Positions 41,684 to 52,348 of a stretch of 64,000 nucleotides of DNA are shown one piece after another. Origin of the DNA: an uncultured Lacihabitans sp. (lineage in GTDB: Bacteria; Bacteroidota; Bacteroidia; Cytophagales; Spirosomataceae); assembly GCA_964489955.1 (NCBI GenBank), contig CAZBAV010000006.1, positions 42,848 through 106,847 of the forward strand. Reading direction: 5' to 3'. Both the position numbers and the translations under genes were made by a program. Numbering within the stretch: position 1 is the first letter of the stretch; every line of letters begins with the position of its first letter. The notes beneath the pieces were generated by a model. It made no database searches. It worked only from the letters and a program-made list of their open reading frames with translations, and was not told the DNA's origin.

Positions 41684-42832
41684 ATGAAATTTACAGCAGT
41701 GAATAAAATCCTCCTTTTTTTTCTCTTCTTTCCCTTATTGGGAACGGCTCAGCTTAGCTATTTTGATAAATACTATCCGCAGATTGACAGTGCGGAATAC
41801 GCTTTCTCCCAAGATAATTTCAAAGAAGCAATTAAGCATTATTCACAAGCATTTAAAGAGGTAGAAAAGCCACTTGTACGTGATATATATAATGGAGTGG
41901 TTTGTCATTTTTTAACAGGAAATATTGATGCAGCAAAACCTTGGTTAATTCTATTGGCCAAGAAAGATGTAGACCCTAAACTGTTGGAAGTTCAGGAAGC
42001 TTTTAAAGAACCCCAGATAAAAAAAGGATGGGAAGCATTCAAGCCTATGTATGAGCAGATTAGGCTTGGGGAGGAAAAGGATCTGAAACCAGAAGCAGAT
42101 GAGCTAATTGTGCTTATAAATGAAAATATAGGAAAACATAATGCTTTTTGGGAGGATTTTCCCAAAGCATTTGTAGAAGGTGATACTACTCAGTTTACTG
42201 CTGTCGAGCTTAAATCTTGGAGGGACAAGGCTAAAGGAGCCAGAGTTTTCACTCAGACTATTTATGATGCCTGCACCCGATATATTTTGGCACATGGGGT
42301 TCCCTCTGAAAGTGAAATGTCGCTTGTCAGTGAAGACTTACTTATGAACCCGCTGACATATTTCTTTGATAAAGGATTTATATATTCTAACCTACATGTT
42401 ACTTCAGATTCTTTGATATTGGGTAAGCCTAAAGCAGTAGTGATTGCGGAGGTCAATAGCAAGCTTTTATCCGAAGTAGATAAGGGACACATCCATCGTG
42501 ATTATGTACTGAAACTAGTGAAAATGGATTATAAGTTGGAGAGTCTATTTTTTATCAAAGCCAGAATAGCCCTTGAAATTGACTGCGGTGTAGAAAAAAC
42601 GCAACTGTTCTTAAAGCCCAAGTTAGATAATCCTTCGCGGTATTTCGATAAGTTATTAGGAGGAAATGATGATATTTTAGAGGTTAAGGGCCAATATGCA
42701 ATTCTAAAGAACGAACTTTTTCTAGTAAGTAACGTACCAATTTATGAAGATGTAATTATTGATTCATGCGATGAGCTGCAAGAACTAAAAGCCAAATATA
42801 AAGCTGTTGATTTACGGGTCTTAGAGCAATAG
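41684..42832 (+). CDS. hypothetical secreted protein
   Basis: 382-aa uninterrupted ORF with a signal peptide (LFFLFFPLLGTAQ). I recognise no family. Confidence 0.5.
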   Translation: MKFTAVNKILLFFLFFPLLGTAQLSYFDKYYPQIDSAEYAFSQDNFKEAIKHYSQAFKEVEKPLVRDIYNGVVCHFLTGNIDAAKPWLILLAKKDVDPKLLEVQEAFKEPQIKKGWEAFKPMYEQIRLGEEKDLKPEADELIVLINENIGKHNAFWEDFPKAFVEGDTTQFTAVELKSWRDKAKGARVFTQTIYDACTRYILAHGVPSESEMSLVSEDLLMNPLTYFFDKGFIYSNLHVTSDSLILGKPKAVVIAEVNSKLLSEVDKGHIHRDYVLKLVKMDYKLESLFFIKARIALEIDCGVEKTQLFLKPKLDNPSRYFDKLLGGNDDILEVKGQYAILKNELFLVSNVPIYEDVIIDSCDELQELKAKYKAVDLRVLEQ

Positions 42833-43017
42833 ACCGACCTAAATCTATGCCATTCGGTTAAACCTGTTTAGGTTTTAGTCCTTGGTATGGATTGATTGGT
42901 CAGTTAGTGGTAATTACTCCTCCATTTTTAGCGAAGTTGAGATAATCTAAAAAAACATTTTCCCAATTTCAGATTTTCTTCTATTTTTGCATCATCAATA
43001 CGTTTAGTACGGATTGA

Positions 43018-43131
43018 TTTATAAAGACGGGCGGAGAGAATAGGCTCTATGAAACCCGGGCAACCATGCAGAACGCTGTAAAGGTGCCAATACCTACCTA
43101 AGTGGCTCAAAACGCCGTTAGGAATTATAAA
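43018..43131 (+). promoter_or_regulatory. SAM-I (S-box) riboswitch aptamer upstream of metY-metX
   Basis: P1 is TTTATAA...TTATAAA. Conserved core strings are GCGGAGAGAATAGGCTCTATGAAACCCGGGCAACC and AAGGTGCCAATACC. A P3 stem (TGCAG/CTGTA) and a P4 stem (CCTAA..GGC/GCC..TTAGG) can be drawn. Lies 105 nt upstream of a methionine-biosynthesis operon. Confidence 0.8.
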
Positions 43132-43218
43132 CCAATGTCGTATTTTCTCCTAAGGAATTTTAAGATGTGGTTTGTAAAAGTGGGTTTTAAGTAAACCCAA
43201 GTGATTTTGTATACATAA

Positions 43219-44523
<1,305 letters not shown>

Positions 44524-44525
44524 GA

Positions 44526-45539
44526 ATGATAAAAAATTTAGTTTTTAAAAATAGTTCTCCATTCCACTTAGAAAGTGGGGAGTGGTTACCTGAGTTTGAA
44601 TTGTCGTACACTACTTATGGAGAGCTAAACGAAGATAAGTCTAATGTGGTGTGGGTGTGTCATGCCTTTACAGGTAATGCTAACCCATCCGATTGGTGGA
44701 GCGGGCTTATTGGGGATAAAAGACTATTTAACCCAAGTCAGTATTTTATAATTTGTGTGAATGTACCGGGGTCGCATTACGGCTCCACCAATGCCCTCAG
44801 TACAGATCCACACACTGGCCAGCCTTATTACCATAGTTTTCCGTTTATTACTATTAAAGACGTGGTAAACACTTTTGAGGTGCTTCGTCAATCTCTCGAG
44901 ATCGAAAAGATTAAGTTTCTTTTGGGTGGTTCTTTGGGTGGTCAACAAGCTTCTGAGTGGGCTGTGGCCTATCCGGATGTGATAGAAAATCTTGTGCTTT
45001 TTTCAACCAACGCTGTGCATTCACCATGGGGTATTGCCTTTAATGAAACCCAAAGGATGGCCATTGAAGCAGACCCAACCTGGGTAGATAACTCGGCCGA
45101 TGCCGGCCGTGACGGCATGAAGGTAGCAAGGGCCATTGCTTTATTGTCATATCGAAACTACCAAACCTATAACCGTACCCAAAGTAGGGATGGAGAACAG
45201 GTAGATTTCTTCCGTGCTAGTACGTACCAAAATTATCAAGGCGAAAAACTGGTAAGGAGGTTCAATGCCTATTCGTATTGGACACTTACCAAAATGTTTG
45301 ATTCGCACGATGTATCCAGAAATAGAGGTACGCTTAAAGAAGCTTTGGGCAGGGTGAAAGCCAATACTCTTGTTATAGGAATCACTACAGATATACTTTT
45401 CCCGCCGGAAGAGCAGCGGACTTTAGCCCAGTTTATCCCAGGAGCCAAATATATAGAAATAGACTCAAGTTATGGACACGATGGCTTCTTGATAGAATTC
45501 GAAACCATGAGCAAGGTTATTACAGAGTGGTTGACTTAG
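44526..45539 (+). CDS. metX: homoserine O-acetyltransferase
   Basis: 337 aa, alpha/beta hydrolase. Has nucleophile elbow GGSLGGQQA, a C-terminal YGHDGFLIE, and lies 2 nt after metY. Confidence 0.88.
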   Translation: MIKNLVFKNSSPFHLESGEWLPEFELSYTTYGELNEDKSNVVWVCHAFTGNANPSDWWSGLIGDKRLFNPSQYFIICVNVPGSHYGSTNALSTDPHTGQPYYHSFPFITIKDVVNTFEVLRQSLEIEKIKFLLGGSLGGQQASEWAVAYPDVIENLVLFSTNAVHSPWGIAFNETQRMAIEADPTWVDNSADAGRDGMKVARAIALLSYRNYQTYNRTQSRDGEQVDFFRASTYQNYQGEKLVRRFNAYSYWTLTKMFDSHDVSRNRGTLKEALGRVKANTLVIGITTDILFPPEEQRTLAQFIPGAKYIEIDSSYGHDGFLIEFETMSKVITEWLT

Positions 45540-45883
45540 GAAAACTGCTTGTCGTATTCGGTTGCATCGAAACCTATTAAATGTATTTTCCCAGATTCTA
45601 TTATAGGGCGTTTAATAACAGATGGTTTCTCTTGGAGAACAGCTACTGCTGTTATTGGGCTTTCTAAAGCCACTTTTTGCTCATCTGTAAGTGCTTTATA
45701 GGTGGTACCTTTTTTGTTAACTACTTTTTCTAAGCCAAAAGTAGCTATCCATTCTTCTACTTTTTGTGCAGGTACGCCATCTGTTTTATAATTGTGTAAA
45801 ACTGTCTCTAAACCCTTTTTTGAAAAAAAATCACGTGTTTTTTTTATAGTATCGCAGTTCGGAATGCCGTAAATTGTTGTCAT
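45536..45883 (-). CDS. ArsC/Spx-family (YffB-like) thioredoxin-fold protein
   Basis: ATG at 45883 gives MTTIYGIPNCDTIKKTRDFF, the YffB-type N-terminal motif. The track ORF starts 7 codons upstream. Confidence 0.75.
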   Translation of the reverse strand: MTTIYGIPNCDTIKKTRDFFSKKGLETVLHNYKTDGVPAQKVEEWIATFGLEKVVNKKGTTYKALTDEQKVALESPITAVAVLQEKPSVIKRPIIESGKIHLIGFDATEYDKQFS

Positions 45884-46211
45884 AAATATAGTTTTGAGGT
45901 ACAAAAGTAGACTGTTTTTGTGGCTAAATCAATTTTTGAAAGCCCACTTATGAACGTTAGTGACCTAAGATATACATCAAAAAATATTGAAAACGCTGTA
46001 TAGAAGCATACTAGAGAAAACTAAAAAGGCTGGGCTTTGTTCTAAGTTATTTTTTCTAAGACCCATGTAATCTAATATCTCAAAGAATAGTAAATTATTA
46101 GCCTAGCTAAGGTTATTGGTGCTTAAGATATTTTTTTCATTTTGTATTTTTTTCAAAAGCAACGCGACAGTTGTGTAAAACGTTATATTTGAAGAAAATA
46201 AATAAATCTAT

Positions 46212-46718
46212 ATGAAAAGAACCCTTTTACTCTTCACAGTATTATCTACTATTGTCCTTTTAGGTTGTAAAGGAGACCAAGGAGCAGACGGACTTCCCGG
46301 TGTGAATGGAATAGACGGAAAGGATGGGAATGCCAATGTACAATCCCGCATTATAACAGTTTATCCTACTGAGTGGGTTGGAGATTATGATGGATATTAT
46401 GCAGAAGTGTCTGTTCCTATCATAACCCAAAATATCCATAATACAGGAGTGGTTCTCTGTTATTTAAAGTTAGGGGATTATTTCATGGCTATGCCATTCT
46501 CTTACTACTCGGGAGAAGGCTATAATATTCTTTACTCTTTTATGCATGCAGTAGGGAAAGTGGAATTTGCGTACCAAGATGATGACGGGTATACTTTTAA
46601 GCCAACTCAGAATGTGGTGTTCAAGGTTGTAGCCATTCCTTCTAGTGAACTTCAAGGTAAAGCAAATATTAATTTTGAAAACTACGATGAAGTAGCAGAA
46701 GCTTTTGGATTAAAATAA
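46212..46718 (+). CDS. lipoprotein with a short collagen-like G-X-Y run
   Basis: 168 aa with lipobox LLGC, followed by seven consecutive G-X-Y triplets (GDQGADGLPGVNGIDGKDGNA) and then a ~125-aa unassigned domain. Confidence 0.5.
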   Translation: MKRTLLLFTVLSTIVLLGCKGDQGADGLPGVNGIDGKDGNANVQSRIITVYPTEWVGDYDGYYAEVSVPIITQNIHNTGVVLCYLKLGDYFMAMPFSYYSGEGYNILYSFMHAVGKVEFAYQDDDGYTFKPTQNVVFKVVAIPSSELQGKANINFENYDEVAEAFGLK

Positions 46719-46729
46719 AGCAATCCACC

Positions 46730-46761
46730 AAAGGCATAGAAAAATTTCTATGCCTTTTTTT
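46730..46761 (+). terminator. intrinsic terminator after the collagen-like lipoprotein gene
   Basis: AAAGGCATAGAAA-AA-TTTCTATGCCTTT followed by TTTTT. Confidence 0.75.
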
Positions 46762-46958
46762 AATCACACTCTAGCGTGTTCCCTAATTAGACTTAGATTT
46801 TGCAAGCAAACCAGATGGGAAGGTAAAGTTGTTCTCGACCCTCCGCATCCAGATTGTTATAGGGTTTATTTCGGATATTAGTTTAGTTTGTGTTGATTTA
46901 TTAGTTCTTTCAATTGATTCTTGGTTTCTTTATACCCGCATCCAATTGCTTATTTCTT

Positions 46959-47288
46959 TTAATTTACGGAGCCAAAAAAATGGTGAAGTTGGGCCTTTTT
47001 TCTTCTCGAGGCTGTCACGGTAGTACCGTCTGTTAGAGTTACCTCAAATGTGTTTCCATATGGTTCTATATTGACAATATGGTCTGGATTTAGTAAGCAC
47101 CCCCTACTTATTCTAACGAACCCCTGTACGGTATCTTTTTTGTCTTGGAGGTACTTTAAAGTGAATGAAGATAAATACTTACCTCCATTTTTTAGATGAA
47201 ATTGTGTGTAATTTCCCATTCCCTCCAGGTACAATATAGAGGTGGCCGGAATATCTTTGATTTTAGTAATTGTCTTAATGTTAATCAT
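46959..47288 (-). CDS. stand-alone LytTR DNA-binding domain protein
   Basis: 109 aa. LytTR pattern ILYLEGMGNYTQFHLKNGGKYLSSFTLKYLQDKK...FVRISRGCLLNPDHIVNIE. No receiver or sensor domain. Confidence 0.8.
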   Translation of the reverse strand: MINIKTITKIKDIPATSILYLEGMGNYTQFHLKNGGKYLSSFTLKYLQDKKDTVQGFVRISRGCLLNPDHIVNIEPYGNTFEVTLTDGTTVTASRRKKAQLHHFFGSVN

Positions 47289-47586
47289 AGCTGAAAATTG
47301 GTTAGGTTATAAAAAAGTGTGTAGTTTAGGAGCGGCTAATCATCTATTAACCCTATATCATCTTAATTAGCGATTCAAAGTTCGGGATTTCATAAGGGCT
47401 GGGAAATACCCAAAATTAGTGATATTTGCATAGTCAATATTTGGAGCTGACTTTGGTAGAATAGAGATTTTGGACAGAGATGGACTAAAAAGTATTAATA
47501 AGGTAGGTTGGGGCTTAACAGAGCTTTAACAGGCTCTGGTTTTGGTCCTATTGCTTTTTTTTAGAATTTTGCAGAAAACACTACGT

Positions 47587-48768
47587 ATGAGACTATTGCT
47601 TATCACTGTTACTATTTTCCTTTTTCAATTTAAGTTACAAGGTCAGAGTCAGCCGTTTCCTTGGATAACAGATGTTGAGGAAGCTTTAGAAAAAGTGAAA
47701 ACTACTGGCAAACCACTATTCTTGTATGCATATTTGCCAACTTGCTCTTATTGTAAACAGCTGGAACCGCATTTTTCAGATGGTGAAGTGGTGAAAGCTT
47801 ACAATGATAATTTCATAGGTTTGAAATTTGATTTATCTAAGCAGCCCCAATACCTAGTAAAGAAGAACATTTATTTACCTTCCTATCCCCAGTTTTTATT
47901 CTTTGATAAAGAGGCTAACTTAATACACCAGGGAGTAGCCGAGCCTAAAAAAGAGTCCTTTATTAATATGGTCAAGGTAGCTCAAGATCCTGCATTAAGG
48001 GCGGAGAGTTATAAAAAGCGATTTAAAGAGGGAGAGAGAGGGTTTAACTTCTTGGTTTCTTACGCTATTTATAGTCAGGTAATACAAGACCGGGAGCAGA
48101 ATATAGCTGCCGCCCAAGCTCTTTTTGATGGTTACTCTAAAGAGGAGTTAGGTTCAGAAACAAGCTGGGCCATAACCAAGAGGATTGTAAAAGATAACAA
48201 TAATGGTTTTTTTAAGTATTGGATAGATAAACAAGATGTGGCTAATGGGTATGAGAAAAAATCGGCACATGGTGTAGATGCCGCTCAACCTTTAGGGATG
48301 ATTCTTGTTACTAGTTTACGGTCTTATAAGCCAGGGGAGTTATCCATTTCTGAATTGGAAGATTTACGTAAGGATATAGAAAAATTGGGAGAAAAAGATG
48401 CTGCCAGTAATTTATTGTGGGAATATGAGTTGAGTGCATACGAAAAGGCAGGAGATGAAAATAGTTTAGTTCAGTTGTATGACCAGCTCACCAAGAGGTT
48501 TTCCCAAAATGGGGCAATGCTTGTATATGTGTCTAGTATTGTGAATGGTTTCGAAGGTGGAGATGCCTCCAATACACAAGTACAAAAATGGCTTACAACG
48601 GCGAAGCCTCAGTTAAATGAGAACAACCAGTTAGCTGAATATTTTTATGAAACAGCCAGACTAAATAAGAAAATGGGTAAAGTTAATCTAGCAAAAAGCA
48701 ATGCCGCCACAGCTTTAGGTTTTGCTAAGAAGGCTGGGATAAAGTTGGATAAGTTCGAAAAACTATAA
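47587..48768 (+). CDS. exported thioredoxin-fold CxxC protein with unassigned C-terminal domain (paralogue 1)
   Basis: The track ORF starts at TTG 47542; ATG at 47587 gives a signal peptide. Has CSYC in a Trx-like context (GKPLFLYAYLPTCSYCKQLEP) and NIYLPSYPQFLFFD. Aligns end to end with the next two genes. Confidence 0.7.
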   Translation: MRLLLITVTIFLFQFKLQGQSQPFPWITDVEEALEKVKTTGKPLFLYAYLPTCSYCKQLEPHFSDGEVVKAYNDNFIGLKFDLSKQPQYLVKKNIYLPSYPQFLFFDKEANLIHQGVAEPKKESFINMVKVAQDPALRAESYKKRFKEGERGFNFLVSYAIYSQVIQDREQNIAAAQALFDGYSKEELGSETSWAITKRIVKDNNNGFFKYWIDKQDVANGYEKKSAHGVDAAQPLGMILVTSLRSYKPGELSISELEDLRKDIEKLGEKDAASNLLWEYELSAYEKAGDENSLVQLYDQLTKRFSQNGAMLVYVSSIVNGFEGGDASNTQVQKWLTTAKPQLNENNQLAEYFYETARLNKKMGKVNLAKSNAATALGFAKKAGIKLDKFEKL

Positions 48769-48855
48769 TAAATTGGCATATAGTTTGTCTTGAAAAGTAG
48801 AGACAGTGAAATTTTTCCAATAATTAGATTCGTTAAAATAAATACTCCTCTATAT

Positions 48856-50097
48856 ATGAAAGCCAATATACTTTGTGTAAGTGTTTTTCTAGGCTCTTTT
48901 TTGCTCAGTTGTAGCTTATATTCTCAGGCAGGAAATAAGTCCGCTGATAAAACTATATTTAAAGATACTACCAAAGTGATTTGGGAAAAGGATCTTACAG
49001 GGGCTTTTGCAAAAGCCAAAGCTGAAGGGAAATTACTTTTTGTAGACTGTTTCATGCCCAGTTGCCCGGTTTGCCAAACTATTGAGCCTTATTTTAAGGC
49101 AAGTGAAGTAGCAAAAAAGTACAACACAAGTTTTATAAACTATAAGCTAGATGTGGGAGTGGCTGCAGAGTATAAGTATATTATAGATCGCAATATCTAC
49201 TTGCCTAGTATCCCTCAATTTTTGTTTTTTGATGGTGATGGAAAGCTAGTGCATCAGAGCGAAGTAAACGCCAATACGGCGTCTATTGTAGGTGTTGCTA
49301 ATGATGCTTTGGACCCAAAGAAACAGAGTGCTAATTATAAAGCTAGGTTTGATGGAGGGGAAAGGAGTATAGATTTTCTTATTAAATATGCCGTATTTAC
49401 TAAGGTAATAAAAGATACTACTGGAAACCAAATAGTAGCTAACGCGATATATGATGGTTTTCCGAAGGAGCAATTGAACACAGAGTTTAGTTGGGGAGTA
49501 ACCAAAAAAGCGGTTATGACTTCTATAGATAATGGTTTCTTTAAGTATTGGATTGATAATATGCCTTTAGCAGCCAGTTTTGAGAAGAAGGCAGGGCATG
49601 CAGGACAAGAAGTTAACACGCTCGGAGGTATTGTGCAAACGTCTATTTTTAAAGACGGGAGGGGTTATACAACAAGTCAGATACAGCAAGTAAAAGGCTA
49701 TATGGACAAAGTTGGGGCCGGTCAATATGCAGATAGTTTCTTATGGGAGTTTGAGACTCTAGCAAATTACCGTGAGAATAAGGCGGGTGAAGCATTAAAG
49801 GTAGCAACCGCAATGGCCCAGAAATCTCTCAAAAATGGATCTTTTTTGGTTTATATTGTAAAGGTACTTAATGATAGTGCGACTGATAACTCATATTTGG
49901 AGAGTGCCTCACAATGGCTAAAAACAGCTCAGCCTTTAGTTAAAGAAAACAACCAATTGGCAGAATACCATTACGAAACTGCAAGGATAAATACAAAACT
50001 GGGCAAAACAGAACTAGCTAAAAGTAGTGCTGTCGCGGCTTTGGAATTCGCAAAAAAAGCTGGTATAAAGCTAGATAAATTCGAAGCCATAAAGTAG
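48856..50097 (+). CDS. exported thioredoxin-fold CxxC lipoprotein with unassigned C-terminal domain (paralogue 2)
   Basis: The track ORF starts at TTG 48790; ATG at 48856 gives MKANILCVSVFLGSFLLSC (lipobox). Has CPVC and NIYLPSIPQFLFFD. Confidence 0.7.
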   Translation: MKANILCVSVFLGSFLLSCSLYSQAGNKSADKTIFKDTTKVIWEKDLTGAFAKAKAEGKLLFVDCFMPSCPVCQTIEPYFKASEVAKKYNTSFINYKLDVGVAAEYKYIIDRNIYLPSIPQFLFFDGDGKLVHQSEVNANTASIVGVANDALDPKKQSANYKARFDGGERSIDFLIKYAVFTKVIKDTTGNQIVANAIYDGFPKEQLNTEFSWGVTKKAVMTSIDNGFFKYWIDNMPLAASFEKKAGHAGQEVNTLGGIVQTSIFKDGRGYTTSQIQQVKGYMDKVGAGQYADSFLWEFETLANYRENKAGEALKVATAMAQKSLKNGSFLVYIVKVLNDSATDNSYLESASQWLKTAQPLVKENNQLAEYHYETARINTKLGKTELAKSSAVAALEFAKKAGIKLDKFEAIK

Positions 50098-50203
50098 GTT
50101 GGCATGCAGTTTGGGAAGAAAAGCAAATACGGAAATGTTTTTGTAATATTTTTGTATTTTAATTTGTTATAATTACATACATCCAATAAATACTCATCTT
50201 TAT

Positions 50204-51457
50204 ATGAAAATTAATATCCTTTGTATAGGTCTTTTCCTAGGCGTCTTTATGCTTAGCTGTAGTTCGAACTCCCAGGATAAAGGTAAAGATCTAAAGCAAG
50301 AAGTTACGGTGGTAGATACTACAAAAGTAACTTGGATAGCAGATATTACTGAAGCCCTTGCAAAGGCTAAAGCTACTGGGAAGTTGCTTTTTGTGGAGTG
50401 TTATTCTCCAACTTGTCCTATATGTCAATCTATAGAACCTTATTTTAGCACAAGCGAGGTGGCAAAAATTTATAATACAGATTTTGTTAACTACAAGCTA
50501 GATGTTGGTGTGGCCGAGCAGGTGAAATTCTTAAATGATCGTAATATATATTTGCCTAGTTTTCCGCAATTTCTGTTTTTTGATGGGGATGGGAAATTGG
50601 TGCACCAAGGAGAGGTTCACGCAAGTACTGAATCTATACTCGGGGTTGCGGCAGATGCTTTAGATCCAAATAAAAGAAGCGGAAATTACAAAGCACGTTT
50701 TGATGGTGGTGAAACATCTACAGACTTCTTAGTAAAATATGCAGTATACACAAGGTTGATAAAAGACACATTGGAAAACCACAAAGTGGCAAATGTTATT
50801 TTTGATAACTTCCCTAAGGAGCAGTTGAATACTGAATTGAGCTGGGGGATAACTAAAAAAGCTGTTACTACAGTAGATAATGGATTCTTCCAGCACTGGA
50901 TTGCTAATACCGCAAAAGCTGCTGAGTATGAGAAAAAAGCAGGGCATGCTGGTCAGGAGATGAACTCGCTTGGGGGTATAGTGCAGGCATCTATTTTTAA
51001 GGATGGAAGAACGTATAATACTAGTAAAATCCAGAAAGTAAAGGGTTATATGGGTAAAGTAGGAGCAGCAGAGTATGCAGACAGTTTTCTATGGGAGTTT
51101 GAAGTCCTGGCACTTTACCGCGAAAACAAACCGGCGGAAGCTCTAAAGGTAGCTAGTGCTATGGCACAGAAGTTTATAAATAACGGACCGTCTTTGGTGT
51201 ACATCGTAAAAGTTCTTAATGACAACGCTACAGACAATGCATATTTAGGAAATGCAGCCCAGTGGTTAAAAACAGCACAGCCATTAATTCAAGAAAACAA
51301 TCAATTGGCGGAGTTCTATTATGAGTCCGCAAAGGTGAGTAATAAGGCCGGTGATAGAGCAGGAGCTAAAGTAACAGCTGAGAAAGCATCACAAATTGCC
51401 AAAACGGCGGGTGTAGATCAAACTAAATACAATACACTAATTTCAAGTCTGAAATAA
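50204..51457 (+). CDS. exported thioredoxin-fold CxxC lipoprotein with unassigned C-terminal domain (paralogue 3)
   Basis: MKINILCIGLFLGVFMLSC (lipobox), CPIC and NIYLPSFPQFLFFD. Closely similar to paralogue 2 along its whole length. Confidence 0.7.
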   Translation: MKINILCIGLFLGVFMLSCSSNSQDKGKDLKQEVTVVDTTKVTWIADITEALAKAKATGKLLFVECYSPTCPICQSIEPYFSTSEVAKIYNTDFVNYKLDVGVAEQVKFLNDRNIYLPSFPQFLFFDGDGKLVHQGEVHASTESILGVAADALDPNKRSGNYKARFDGGETSTDFLVKYAVYTRLIKDTLENHKVANVIFDNFPKEQLNTELSWGITKKAVTTVDNGFFQHWIANTAKAAEYEKKAGHAGQEMNSLGGIVQASIFKDGRTYNTSKIQKVKGYMGKVGAAEYADSFLWEFEVLALYRENKPAEALKVASAMAQKFINNGPSLVYIVKVLNDNATDNAYLGNAAQWLKTAQPLIQENNQLAEFYYESAKVSNKAGDRAGAKVTAEKASQIAKTAGVDQTKYNTLISSLK

Positions 51458-51478
51458 GGCTTTGTAGTATAACTCTTT

Positions 51479-51515
51479 GAGGGCTGGTTACGTCGTAACC
51501 AGCCCTCCTTTTTTA
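51479..51515. terminator. strong bidirectional-type terminator hairpin between convergent genes
   Basis: GAGGGCTGGTTACG-T-CGTAACCAGCCCTC followed by CTTTTTTATT. The right part of the hairpin overlaps the last codons of the minus-strand gene 51488-52348. Confidence 0.75.
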
Positions 51516-52348
51516 TTCAGCTCTATATAGTCGGGATGTATCGTAATTTCACCCTTGCGGTATAAGCCGCCAATAGCCTTCTTAAAAGCCTTCTTGCTCA
51601 TAGATAACTGTTCCTCAATCTCAATAGGGTCAGAACTATCAGAAAGTCTTACTATACCGTTGTTTTCCCCTAGCTTTTGTAATATTAGGGCTGTGTTCTG
51701 ATCAATAGTTTGTTTAAAGCCAATAGCTTGTAGTGATACATCTATTTTTCCATCTTCACGGATTTGCTTAATGTACGCCACTGCTTCATCTCCCCAAGCT
51801 AAGCGGCGGAAGATTTCATTTTCAAAGATAAGCCCCTTGTATAGGTTGTCTATGATTACATTGTAACCTAAATCTGTTTTTTCATAAACAAGAATGTTTA
51901 CTTGCTGGCCTTCTTCTAGTGGTATCTCCTCTTCAGTGTTTTTGAAAAATTTATGTAGTTTAGCAGAAGCCACTAGGCGGTCGGTTTCGCTATCTAGATA
52001 CAAATAAACAGGGACCCACTGGCCGGTACGGAGTTTGTCGTTTTGCTCGCGAAAAGGGACAAACAAATCTTTTTCCAAGCCCCAGTCCAGAAACGCTCCA
52101 ATACCTGAAGTATGTACAACCTCTAATATGGCAAACTGATTTAGCTTTATGCTTGGCGTGAGGGTGGTTGCTATAAGGCGGTCTTCTGAGTCTCTATAGA
52201 TAAAGACTTCAATATCTTGACCTATTTCTGCGTTCTCCGGGATATACTTATGTGGTAGTAAGACATCATTATCTTCTTCATCGCCTACATACATTCCTAC
52301 ACTTGTAGCACGCAATATTTTCAAGGTATTAAGTTCGCCGACCTTCAT
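51488..52348 (-). CDS. S1-domain RNA-binding protein (CvfB/YitL family)
   Basis: 286 aa. Has repeated S1-like OB segments (VGELNTLKILRATSVGMYV.., FAILEVVHTSGIGAFLDWGLEKDLFVP) and a C-terminal winged-helix-like tail (SKKAFKKAIGGLYRKGEI). Confidence 0.75.
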   Translation of the reverse strand: MKVGELNTLKILRATSVGMYVGDEEDNDVLLPHKYIPENAEIGQDIEVFIYRDSEDRLIATTLTPSIKLNQFAILEVVHTSGIGAFLDWGLEKDLFVPFREQNDKLRTGQWVPVYLYLDSETDRLVASAKLHKFFKNTEEEIPLEEGQQVNILVYEKTDLGYNVIIDNLYKGLIFENEIFRRLAWGDEAVAYIKQIREDGKIDVSLQAIGFKQTIDQNTALILQKLGENNGIVRLSDSSDPIEIEEQLSMSKKAFKKAIGGLYRKGEITIHPDYIELNKKGGLVTT

